A stretch of DNA of 64,000 nt from a virus. A model generated the notes under the pieces. The model was not told the origin of the DNA. It saw nothing but the letters and a program-made list of their open reading frames with translations, and searched no databases. The translations under genes were made by a program, and so were the position numbers. Shown here piece by piece: positions 45,841 through 53,764 of the stretch (the stretch's first letter is position 1; each line of letters begins with the position of its first letter). The stretch is taken from the IMG/VR virus record IMGVR_UViG_3300017774_005745, positions 132,808 through 196,807 of that record; one strand, given 5' to 3'.

Positions 45841-46578
45841 TCAGGGAGCAAAGATGAGTTCGACGATGACACCAGTCGCAGCATCGACAACATCTGCCTG
45901 GTTTGCCTCTTCACGAGCAACCTTGACCGCTCGTTGCATCTTCTCGACTCTCTCCTGGAGCTGCTTCTTCCTGTCTGCTGGAATGGCTCCGGAGAAGTGA
46001 ATGGTCTTCCACGTCCCGACTGTGATGTCTTCGGTGACCTTGACCGTCTGTGCTGGGTGTTCCTTGGTCGGTGGAACGATGACTTTGTAGTCTTCCACCT
46101 TCTTGGTCTTGATGGTCTCCACAGGCTCAGAGCGGTACAACCCCTGTCCTTCATCGAACTGCCACACGGTATCCTGAGGAAGCGTGGGGAGCTTGCCGAT
46201 GAACTCTGCGATGGAGACGAGCTTCTTCTCCAGCCACAGCAGGTGGGTCGCAGGGATGTCCTTTGCGAGAATCTGTCCATCGACAGTGATGTCTGCCACT
46301 GCCGAGCAGTTCGTGGAGTCCTTGACCGCCGTGATGTTGAAGATTTCCTTCATCAGCGCGACAGTCGTGGAGATAGCTTCCTCCACCTTGACCGTGACTT
46401 TCTTCGACTCAGACGGGAGCTTCTCTCCGCTGTCGTCCTTCGGCTGGTACGTGCGAGAGAGACCGATGACCAGCTCGGGCTTCTGCACGTTGCGGTAGAG
46501 TTCCGTGAACTGGTCCTCCCGCTTTCCCTTGACCGTCTTCTCGATGGCCAGGATTTGGTTCAGCTTCTTGCCAGCCAT
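45841..46578 (-). CDS. Conserved protein, DUF7873-like (KLNQI.A.EK...SRTYQP.D..GE.LP.E)
   Basis: Family recalled from bacterial genomes; not searched. Confidence 0.75.
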   Translation of the reverse strand: MAGKKLNQILAIEKTVKGKREDQFTELYRNVQKPELVIGLSRTYQPKDDSGEKLPSESKKVTVKVEEAISTTVALMKEIFNITAVKDSTNCSAVADITVDGQILAKDIPATHLLWLEKKLVSIAEFIGKLPTLPQDTVWQFDEGQGLYRSEPVETIKTKKVEDYKVIVPPTKEHPAQTVKVTEDITVGTWKTIHFSGAIPADRKKQLQERVEKMQRAVKVAREEANQADVVDAATGVIVELIFAP

Positions 46579-46581
46579 GGC

Positions 46582-46767
46582 TTACAGGTCCGATGCACGA
46601 AGCGTCGAACGGTCGTTCGCCTTCGCACGAGCCGCTGCGTTCTTGATGAGGTTGTGAACGTACGCGTTCAGACCCTCGACGAACTCGTCACCCGAGCGCA
46701 TCTCCAGCTCCTTCACGACGTCCTTGACCTTCGAAACAACGATGACCGATTCCAGTTCCTTCGCCAT
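46582..46767 (-). CDS. Bacterial-type histone-fold protein (Bd0055/HBb-like)
   Basis: IVVSKVK..VK...MRS...F.E.L...V..LI..A..RAKAN.R.TLRA.DL with the RxTxxxxD signature; RBS GAGGAG. Confidence 0.85.
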   Translation of the reverse strand: MAKELESVIVVSKVKDVVKELEMRSGDEFVEGLNAYVHNLIKNAAARAKANDRSTLRASDL

Positions 46768-47141
46768 TGTGACTTCTCCTCAGTGTGAGTGTTGGACTGC
46801 TACTGATAAACCATCCGCCGAGTTCGTCTAGCCGGAATGTCTTCGGCAGTACTTGGTCTTACGGCATTGGTCTTTCGACCGCCTTTACATGAACGAGTTC
46901 CGAAGAAGAGCAATGTCCTACTAAAGTAGCAGACATCACCAGGTCTTAGAGCGACTAAGTCCCGTGTTTCCGATTTCTACCGTCCGTCTGGAGTTTCCTC
47001 CAGGTGTGGGGGTAATTATCTCGGACCACTCCTCGTAACATGAACCTTCCATTCGCAACCATGGATGAATCGGAAGGGTTTGCCCGACCAGGCTTCAAGG
47101 AAAGTTACTTTGTCTCGAACTCAGCAGACAGACTTGTTCGC

Positions 47142-48137
47142 TCAATCTCGGATCTTCAGAATCCGTTGAACGAGAATCGCTTTACCGCCAGGAATCTTTG
47201 AAGCACCGATGATGTCGAGACCTTTGCCTGCGTACTTTCGAAGGTCTTCGATGGACTGCGACATGAGTTGTTCGAAGCTCATGTTGTCGAACTTCTTCCA
47301 ACCCTTCTTGGATTTTCTTGGAGGAGCACTTCCTGCGTCTGCTTCTTGGCTCTTCTCAGAGGAAGGTGAAGTGTCTTGCTCCTCGACTGCGTCTTTCATT
47401 GAGTCTCGTTCATCTTCGAACGACGTAGAAGGCAAAAGCTCATCGTTGTGGTTGCCAAGTACCTTATACCGACACACACGCATCTTTTGTTGACCTGCGT
47501 CATACGGAACGCAGACAACGTCAGCGGGGTCTACTTCACATACGACCATCCGTCCGCCGCTGTGGAAGCTCTTCGCATACGCAAGAGCTCCGACATGGAA
47601 CCCTTCGTGGCATGCGGTGTTGGGGTCGTCGGAGACTTTGTTACGGTCCATCTCCAGGATCGCACCGGGTTTGTTCACGAAGGTCCCAGAGTGGACATCT
47701 TTGTAGTCCGAGCGCACAGCCTTGTACGTAAGGAGCCTTCCCTCCTTCGTAAATGGAATCCCTCCGTGCTTCAAGAACTCCCAGAGCTGGTTTACGGAAC
47801 GGTATGAAGGATTCTTCTTCAGACGCTTCCAGAAGTTCAGCAGTGAGGAAGGGTCCTCGTTGTTCGTTGCCATCTCCTGAATCCGCTGGTTGAGGGATTC
47901 TGGGATTTTCTCATCACCGAGGTAGAACTCGTTGTTCTTGACCTTGAAGTCTCCCTTTGCCCAAGACTCGATCGACTTCTTGAGGGAGAGGTGGTTAGGA
48001 ATGTCATCCCACTTCTCTTGGATAACTGCATTACGCAGTTGCAGGAAGTTGGCTGCTCCCTTCTTCACTGTGTGCGACTTTCCCTCCCAGATGACTGTTA
48101 TCGATTCCTTCGTCAGTGTGAACGGAGGAGCTTCCAT
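47142..48137 (-). CDS. rIIB: rIIB-like protein
   Basis: NPSYRSVNQLW.FL...T..G..L.YK.VR, D...AC..G.HVG, VV.VP.D...KMRVC.Y. Confidence 0.88.
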   Translation of the reverse strand: MEAPPFTLTKESITVIWEGKSHTVKKGAANFLQLRNAVIQEKWDDIPNHLSLKKSIESWAKGDFKVKNNEFYLGDEKIPESLNQRIQEMATNNEDPSSLLNFWKRLKKNPSYRSVNQLWEFLKHGGIPFTKEGRLLTYKAVRSDYKDVHSGTFVNKPGAILEMDRNKVSDDPNTACHEGFHVGALAYAKSFHSGGRMVVCEVDPADVVCVPYDAGQQKMRVCRYKVLGNHNDELLPSTSFEDERDSMKDAVEEQDTSPSSEKSQEADAGSAPPRKSKKGWKKFDNMSFEQLMSQSIEDLRKYAGKGLDIIGASKIPGGKAILVQRILKIRD

Positions 48138-50259
48138 TTTTGATCTCTTTTCTGAACTTCTCATCGATGAGATTGAAGTAATCGAGCCACTGGTCGGAGA
48201 ATCCGCCAGTCCAAAGCGAGTGAAGATTGCTCATCATTGCGAGGAGCGGATACTTGACTCTTATTGCGCGCCGTCTTGGGAGTACTTTCGACTCCCACAG
48301 CTTACTCGCTGTAACGTAGTCATAGAGACTCTTGATTCTATACTCATCTACGTCTTTTCTGACTTTCGGCGCAGCTACGGAGTCCTCCAGATACTTTCTG
48401 AGGATGTTGTCTTGGTTTAGTCTATTGATGAACTTCATCATGACCGACTTCTCGTTAGTGCCGAATCCTCTACCTATGCCAGCGTGATGCTCCCAATCCG
48501 CCTCATCAAGATGCGCAAGAGTCCTTGGGTCTTTGATGTCTGCTCGAACTGCCTTCTTCACCCACTCTTCCATGGGAATGCCGAGACCTGGAGTTGAGTA
48601 AGTTACGGGATTCTTCTCCGTCGTCTTGAACCCGTAGATAGTAGGCACCTCTCTACCAGTGATGATTGAGAGAGTTTGTAGAATGTTCAGCTCTTCTCTG
48701 AAGTGGCCGTACTGCCAGACTTCGAACTCCTTGATGATGACGAAAGGACTCGACGGCTTCGGGGGAACTTCAGCGGCTTCCCAGTTTCGAGACTTCGGGT
48801 GTCTCCACCCGCCTCTACCTACGAGTGTGAACGTCTTGAGACGGTGTTTCTCATTTACGACGGGACCGTTTGACCTCCTCGTAGAAACAGGTTTTTGCCA
48901 TGTCAAACTAGACGTCGTTGAGATGGGAATCCCGGTGAGACCGCTCTTCGCGAGCAGGTCGTCGAGTTCTTTTCGAACGTCACCCCACGGGGTCTTTGAG
49001 TCTTTTCGTACGACGATGTAGTCCCATCGGTTGAGGGTAAACCCCTTCAAAGAGCGATGGTCATCTCTCAGCAGTAGTCTGTTCTCTTGAGAGAGGTCTA
49101 CGTCTCGCTCCGCTATCTTCATGCGCGTGATTTCGAACGTCAGGGGAGTATCCTTGAGCGGGACTCTCTGCATGACGTACTGCTTCCAACCTACAGGGAC
49201 TGGGAGATTCATCTCTGCCAGGATTCTACACCGTACCAAACGCTCCCATGCAGACGTAGACGTCTTAGAGGCTGCGTCGATGGTCTTGGTGACGAATTCC
49301 TCGATGAGCTTCTCAAACTTCTCTATCAGCGCCTTCTTGGTGCTCTCTCCGTACTTCAGGCTCTCACGGGAGGCACTTATCTGAAGTTCTCCAATGTTGA
49401 AGTTGAGAACTCCTCCCATGCTCGACAGGAAGCTCGGGATTCCAACGGACGACCCAAAGCCACCGAGCTGCGCGAGGTCTATTGGATAGCCGATACATCC
49501 CATTCTCGCAATCCAAGTACCACGAGTGAACACCCACGCGCCCTTGTCCAGTTGAAGTTCCTTACCTGTGTAATACCCTCCATTGGAGCATGAGACGATG
49601 GCCCCATGTTCAGACTCTGACAGGGTGTCCATCTTCAGAGCTGGAATGCTGATGTTGATCTTCGGCTGCGGAAAGAAAAAAGCAAAGAGTCGCTTGGCCT
49701 TCTCGTAGAACTCTCCGATGTCCGAAGACTTCACTGCGATTTCAATCGTTACTCCAGTGCTCTCTCCGCACGGCTCTTCATGAAGAAGATTGATGACTCC
49801 CTTATCGGACTCATCGAGAACCGCTACATAGGTTCTCTTTACACCACCGTGAGACGAGATGACGGTGAAACTGTCCGAGTAGGCGAAGCCGCTCTTGGAG
49901 CCGATTCCCATCATTCCTACTGCAGAGTCACTGTCTCTCTTCGTGCTTGCTCCATACTGGGCAAAGACCTTGAAGATTCCTTCGGAGGAAAGGCCAGGCC
50001 CTTTGTCTTTGATTTGAAGGGTGGGCTTTGCGTGGGTGGGTAGTACGACCTCAATTGGCTCGTTCCCTCGACCTGCTTCCTTTTGGGCATCCCATGCGTT
50101 CGCACTGTACTCGCGAAGCACCGCCATGATTTTGTCCGAGTACAGTGTGTCTCGGAGAATCGTCATGATGTGCGCGGAGTCGTCGATAGAGATACCAAAC
50201 GACCCAGACGTCTTGACACCGCTCGTTGTGAGTGAGCGGTCCTTCGTATTTGGGATCAA
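48031..50259 (-). CDS. rIIA: rIIA-like protein with GHKL/HSP90-type ATPase domain
   Basis: LY.DKI.AVLREY.ANA.DA, I.D.G.GL, YG.STK, G..GIGSK; adjacent to rIIB. Confidence 0.9.
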   Translation of the reverse strand: MIPNTKDRSLTTSGVKTSGSFGISIDDSAHIMTILRDTLYSDKIMAVLREYSANAWDAQKEAGRGNEPIEVVLPTHAKPTLQIKDKGPGLSSEGIFKVFAQYGASTKRDSDSAVGMMGIGSKSGFAYSDSFTVISSHGGVKRTYVAVLDESDKGVINLLHEEPCGESTGVTIEIAVKSSDIGEFYEKAKRLFAFFFPQPKINISIPALKMDTLSESEHGAIVSCSNGGYYTGKELQLDKGAWVFTRGTWIARMGCIGYPIDLAQLGGFGSSVGIPSFLSSMGGVLNFNIGELQISASRESLKYGESTKKALIEKFEKLIEEFVTKTIDAASKTSTSAWERLVRCRILAEMNLPVPVGWKQYVMQRVPLKDTPLTFEITRMKIAERDVDLSQENRLLLRDDHRSLKGFTLNRWDYIVVRKDSKTPWGDVRKELDDLLAKSGLTGIPISTTSSLTWQKPVSTRRSNGPVVNEKHRLKTFTLVGRGGWRHPKSRNWEAAEVPPKPSSPFVIIKEFEVWQYGHFREELNILQTLSIITGREVPTIYGFKTTEKNPVTYSTPGLGIPMEEWVKKAVRADIKDPRTLAHLDEADWEHHAGIGRGFGTNEKSVMMKFINRLNQDNILRKYLEDSVAAPKVRKDVDEYRIKSLYDYVTASKLWESKVLPRRRAIRVKYPLLAMMSNLHSLWTGGFSDQWLDYFNLIDEKFRKEIKNGSSSVHTDEGIDNSHLGGKVAHSEEGSSQLPATA

Positions 50260-50290
50260 ACGGTTTCCTATTTCAAGAAGTAAATAAGAT

Positions 50291-50433
50291 GAAGTTCCGA
50301 GTGTACAACGCGTTCGTTTTATGAGGCTGCTGCTCTACCACTGAGCTACGTAGGTCAGGGACCTACGGCAGGATTCGAACCTGCGACCCGCAGCGTGACG
50401 TTTTGCGTGTGTGCGCTGTACTGCCGGAACTTC
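50291..50433 (-). ncRNA. Circularly permuted tRNA-like RNA #3, retains CTCATAA loop
   Basis: T-arm GCAGG-TTCGAAT-CCTGC, hairpin CGTAGGT-CCCTG-ACCTACG, D-arm GCTC-AGTGGTA-GAGC, closing stem GAAGTTCCG/CGGAACTTC. Confidence 0.85.
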
Positions 50434-50436
50434 AAG

Positions 50437-50509
50437 TGGACCTGGCCGGGATCGAACCGGCGACTTCCAGCTTGCAAAGCTGGCACTCTCCCAGCTGAGT
50501 TACAGGCCC
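50437..50509 (-). tRNA. tRNA-Ala(TGC)
   Basis: G3:U70 pair, loop TTTGCAA. Confidence 0.93.
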
Positions 50510-50586
50510 TAATCCGGGGGTTCGAGAGGTGAAAGGTCCAAGGCCTCTCTTTTTAACGGACACCCCCGGTGGTCCGTACGGGGGTA

Positions 50587-50829
50587 TTACCGCTGTTCTT
50601 CAATAACTTTGCCCTTGATGTCTTGGTCCTTCAGACGTTTCAGAGCCTTTTTCGCCTCTTTCTCTTTATCGAATTCGAACCATATGTCTCGGATTCCAGT
50701 TGAGAGAAACGTCCCTGACCCAACGGAAGGCTTCCCAACAAATCCGTGAATGGCGGAGTCGTACTCCTCTCCGTACTTCGACACTGAGTAAGAGGCGTTG
50801 AGGATGAACACCGTCTTCGTTGCGGGCAA
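50587..50829 (-). CDS. Hypothetical protein
   Basis: GSG......RDI.F motif. Confidence 0.55.
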   Translation of the reverse strand: MPATKTVFILNASYSVSKYGEEYDSAIHGFVGKPSVGSGTFLSTGIRDIWFEFDKEKEAKKALKRLKDQDIKGKVIEEQR

Positions 50830-50859
50830 CTGTTTCTCCTTGGTTGAGTACTTTCCTCT

Positions 50860-51276
50860 TTATACTTCAGACAGTCCAAGAAGCACAATCGGATTCTCTG
50901 TCGGGTTGAACTGCCACCGCCGCGTCTTGTACCCGGACTTGGCGGAAAGAGCAGCAATCATTCTAGCAGTTCCTGCTGGATTCCAACTATGGACGACGAC
51001 CATCTTGGGAAGTTGGTGAGCTTCCAACCACTCGGCGATGTAGAGAGCTACCTCGTACCCAGTCTCTTCGAGCACCGCCACGTTCCCAGTATCAGCGGAG
51101 CTGTAGTGGGCCTCCATGAGGTCGTGGTCCAAGAACACAACATCCCAAGGACCTTCGTCACGGAGTGCTGCTCTGGCCTGGTTCGCCGTGTAGACGTGCT
51201 TCACGTCATACTTGAAGAGATGGAACTTGAAGGATTCGTGCCGTCTGAGGTCGTCGTCAAGGACTAGGATCTTCAC
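50860..51276 (-). CDS. Cyclic-phosphate-processing receiver-like domain protein
   Basis: ILVLDDD..R, VFLDHDL, GYEVA, VVHSWNP.G..RM. Confidence 0.75.
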   Translation of the reverse strand: MKILVLDDDLRRHESFKFHLFKYDVKHVYTANQARAALRDEGPWDVVFLDHDLMEAHYSSADTGNVAVLEETGYEVALYIAEWLEAHQLPKMVVVHSWNPAGTARMIAALSAKSGYKTRRWQFNPTENPIVLLGLSEV

Positions 51277-51423
51277 TGGTGTCTCTCTTCTGAAAGAAGT
51301 CGCAATCTCCCTCACACATGACGTAAGGACCCATCCCTCCACCGGCCAGACCGTACCCGAAGATGGTGTTAGAACCACACTTAGGGCACACCGTGGGGAG
51401 TTCCACAACTGGTGCTTCGTCAC

Positions 51424-51654
51424 TCACTTGAAGTCTTTCCGGCGCATGACGGCTTTCTCTTCGAGTTCGTAGACGACGACTTTGCTGATGGTCCAGTCCA
51501 CTTCCTTGAGAGACGTCTTGAAGGCTCGCTTGAGGAAGCCCACTCCTTTCCAGATTGTCCCTCCCTTGCCCCAGCGTATCCCACCGTAGCCTTGGTTTCT
51601 TGTCGCGAAGAGGCCATCTTTTCTTCTGACCTTGAAGACTCTTTTGTCTTTCAT
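51424..51654 (-). CDS. Small hypothetical protein
   Basis: ORF track. Confidence 0.55.
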   Translation of the reverse strand: MKDKRVFKVRRKDGLFATRNQGYGGIRWGKGGTIWKGVGFLKRAFKTSLKEVDWTISKVVVYELEEKAVMRRKDFK

Positions 51655-52031
51655 TTCTCTTTCTCGTAAGTGACGGTGGCGTTCTTTCCGTTTCGAACCA
51701 TGTTCGCGAATCGATACCCCTTCGGAGGCTTCAGATTGGCTACGAAACCGGCAATACCTTGGTACGGGTCTACCTCGAACTTCAGCACAACCTTCGCAGG
51801 TTGTTTGGCCTGCTTCTTTTTGTCAGCCACTTTGCTCCCTTTTGGCCATTTCCATACATAGGGTAGAAAAACGTGCCTACCCTTTGTTGAGATTGGCTCA
51901 TTTGAGATTGTCGAAAACTCGGCGACTGTGACCGTTTCGGTTCTTCCATTTGCCCACTTCATGACAAGCGTGTCGCCGATTTTAATTCGTCTTTGGTACT
52001 CCACATAAGTCAGCTCTTTCAGCTTTCTCAT
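51651..52031 (-). CDS. Hypothetical protein
   Basis: ATG at 52031. Confidence 0.45.
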   Translation of the reverse strand: MRKLKELTYVEYQRRIKIGDTLVMKWANGRTETVTVAEFSTISNEPISTKGRHVFLPYVWKWPKGSKVADKKKQAKQPAKVVLKFEVDPYQGIAGFVANLKPPKGYRFANMVRNGKNATVTYEKEK

Positions 52032-52141
52032 ATGCCGTCCCTCGGGATCGAACCGAGATGGCTCCGTCTTCAGCGGAGTGCATGGACCACCATTGCTAGA
52101 GCGGCTAAAACCAAAGAGGGTTAGCTCTTTGGTCACTACGA

Positions 52142-53017
52142 CTACGCCTGCTTGGAACGCGTGCTGCCGTTCGGCGAGTTCTGCATCATCTGAAGCTCCG
52201 AGAGCGTCTTCTGCGAACCAGACGACTCCAGGGCCTTCTCGGCGATGCTCTTCACGTTCTTCTCGGACTCGGCGATGCGAGCTTCCGCAGCCAGCAACTG
52301 CGCAGCGAGCTTGTTGTTGGTCTCGGTGAGCTGGTTGATCTTCGAGATGTTGATGGCGTTCTCCGTTGCGCGGTCCTTCTCCAGGAGCTGCAGCCTGTGC
52401 TCGTAGTCCCTCTTGATCGCACCAGCCGCCGCGAAGGCCGCGTCCTTCTTCTCCGCTTCGAGCTTCTCGGGGAAGGTGGTGACCTGTGCCTTGAGGTTCA
52501 GGAATTCGGTCTCCTTGGCCGACAGCTCCTCGCTCCGCTTCTTCCACTCACGTTCGAGGTCATCCTGGCGGTTCCGCTCTTCCAGCTTCTTGATGCGGAT
52601 CTGCTCCGCCAGCTCATCCTGCTGCTGACGAGTCTGCTGCTGGAAGTTGTACTCGCGCTCTTCCTGGTTGCGCGCGAGCTCCTGGTCATGAGCCGTCTTC
52701 CGCTCTTCCAACCGAGCATCCTCCTGGCTCAGGAGGGCCTGCAGTTCTTCGAGGTCACGAAGGACGGACTCCTTCTCGAAGAGCTGCTCCAACTCCTGCT
52801 TCTTGAGCTCCACGGCCTGGCTGACCGTTTGGAACTCGTTGACGTTCTGCGCCACCTGCTGGCTGATGTCATTCAACGTCCTGCCCACCGCAAGACCGAC
52901 TTCGGTCAGCTTCTTCACAGCGGTGTCCACCGTGAGGCTGGTGGCGCTCTTGACCGTCTGCTCTGCCTTCTCCTTGTTGAACGTTTCCGTCTTCGTCGGC
53001 GTCTTCTTCTTGGACAT
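52142..53017 (-). CDS. Long coiled-coil protein
   Basis: Heptad-rich E/K/Q/R sequence; strong RBS; GC-rich codons. Confidence 0.8.
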   Translation of the reverse strand: MSKKKTPTKTETFNKEKAEQTVKSATSLTVDTAVKKLTEVGLAVGRTLNDISQQVAQNVNEFQTVSQAVELKKQELEQLFEKESVLRDLEELQALLSQEDARLEERKTAHDQELARNQEEREYNFQQQTRQQQDELAEQIRIKKLEERNRQDDLEREWKKRSEELSAKETEFLNLKAQVTTFPEKLEAEKKDAAFAAAGAIKRDYEHRLQLLEKDRATENAINISKINQLTETNNKLAAQLLAAEARIAESEKNVKSIAEKALESSGSQKTLSELQMMQNSPNGSTRSKQA

Positions 53018-53114
53018 TTGTACTTCCCCTCATCGGTTGGTTTGAAGGCGAACGGTATGTCCGCCAAAACCCTTATACCTTGAAGGGCTGACATCTTGGT
53101 TTTAAGCTAAAAGT

Positions 53115-53268
53115 TGATCCACCCGAGTGAGCAATCCGTAGGTCTCTTTCGAGACGGCTTAATAGGCCGGTGCCTTACCAGTTAGGCTACCTCCTCATAT
53201 GTGAGGAGGGTTGGATTCGAACCAACATAAGACGATTGCGTGTGAGGACTGTTCGGCCGGGTGAATCA
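53115..53268 (-). ncRNA. Circularly permuted tRNA-like RNA #4, retains an anticodon arm (ATT)
   Basis: T-arm GTTGG-TTCGAAT-CCAAC, hairpin CCTCCTC-ACATAT-GAGGAGG, D-arm, CCGGC-CTATTAA-GCCGT, 12-bp closing stem. Confidence 0.85.
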
Positions 53269-53269
53269 G

Positions 53270-53342
53270 GGCGATGTACGGGAGTCGAACCCGTATAACG
53301 AGATCCACAATCTCGTGTCCTTGCCATTAGACGAACAACGCC
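53270..53342 (-). tRNA. tRNA-His(GTG)
   Basis: G-1:C73, loop TTGTGGA. Confidence 0.9.
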
Positions 53343-53478
53343 AAATACCCATTGAGACTGCCGTTTTCATCAGGTCGTGTTTTGAGCAACTACGGCAACT
53401 CCATCACCAGGTCTCTCTCCTGCTGAAACAGATGTCTTTCGACTCTGCACCCACCTGCCTTACTAAAGTCTCAATGGA

Positions 53479-53549
53479 TGCGCCCGGAAAGAATCGAACT
53501 TTCGTTTATCGCTTATCAGGCGATCGTACTACCATTGTACTACGGGCGC
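53479..53549 (-). tRNA. tRNA-Ile(GAT)
   Basis: Cloverleaf, loop CTGATAA. Confidence 0.9.
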
Positions 53550-53554
53550 TTACT

Positions 53555-53764
53555 TCACTTCTGCAGCCACTGCTGAAAGATAGGTCTGAGATCGTACGTT
53601 CTCTCTGACGCTTCTTTACTCTTTCGCCACTCCTGGATGTGCGGTCTACAGAGACGGTACCCAAACTCAGCAAGGCGAGTACAGCCATTCTTCCCACACG
53701 GTTCCACTCCCTCGCTGAGTTTTACTGGCTCTGTACTCTTTTGATTACTCAATATTGGTACCAT
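53555..53764 (-). CDS. Small Cys-containing protein
   Basis: ATG at 53764. Confidence 0.4.
   Translation of the reverse strand: MVPILSNQKSTEPVKLSEGVEPCGKNGCTRLAEFGYRLCRPHIQEWRKSKEASERTYDLRPIFQQWLQK

Noticed and set aside
45934-46788. 284-aa plus-strand ORF (and similar shadows at 3503-4258, 40691-41650, 52397-53083, 37500-38441)
   Set aside because: Antisense to well-supported genes.
46860-47030. Resemblance to raiA-motif, OLE or RNase P RNA
   Set aside because: Only short isolated words match; core conserved segments were not found, so it is kept as unassigned.
50512-50590. Small GC-rich two-stem element before tRNA-Ala as a Y RNA or ribozyme
   Set aside because: The Ro-site bulge and ribozyme cores are not convincing; it may simply be a terminator or processing stem.
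45430-53268. Ro60/TROVE or RtcB gene as the partner of the permuted RNAs
   Set aside because: No ORF in the window shows those motifs; such genes may lie outside the window.
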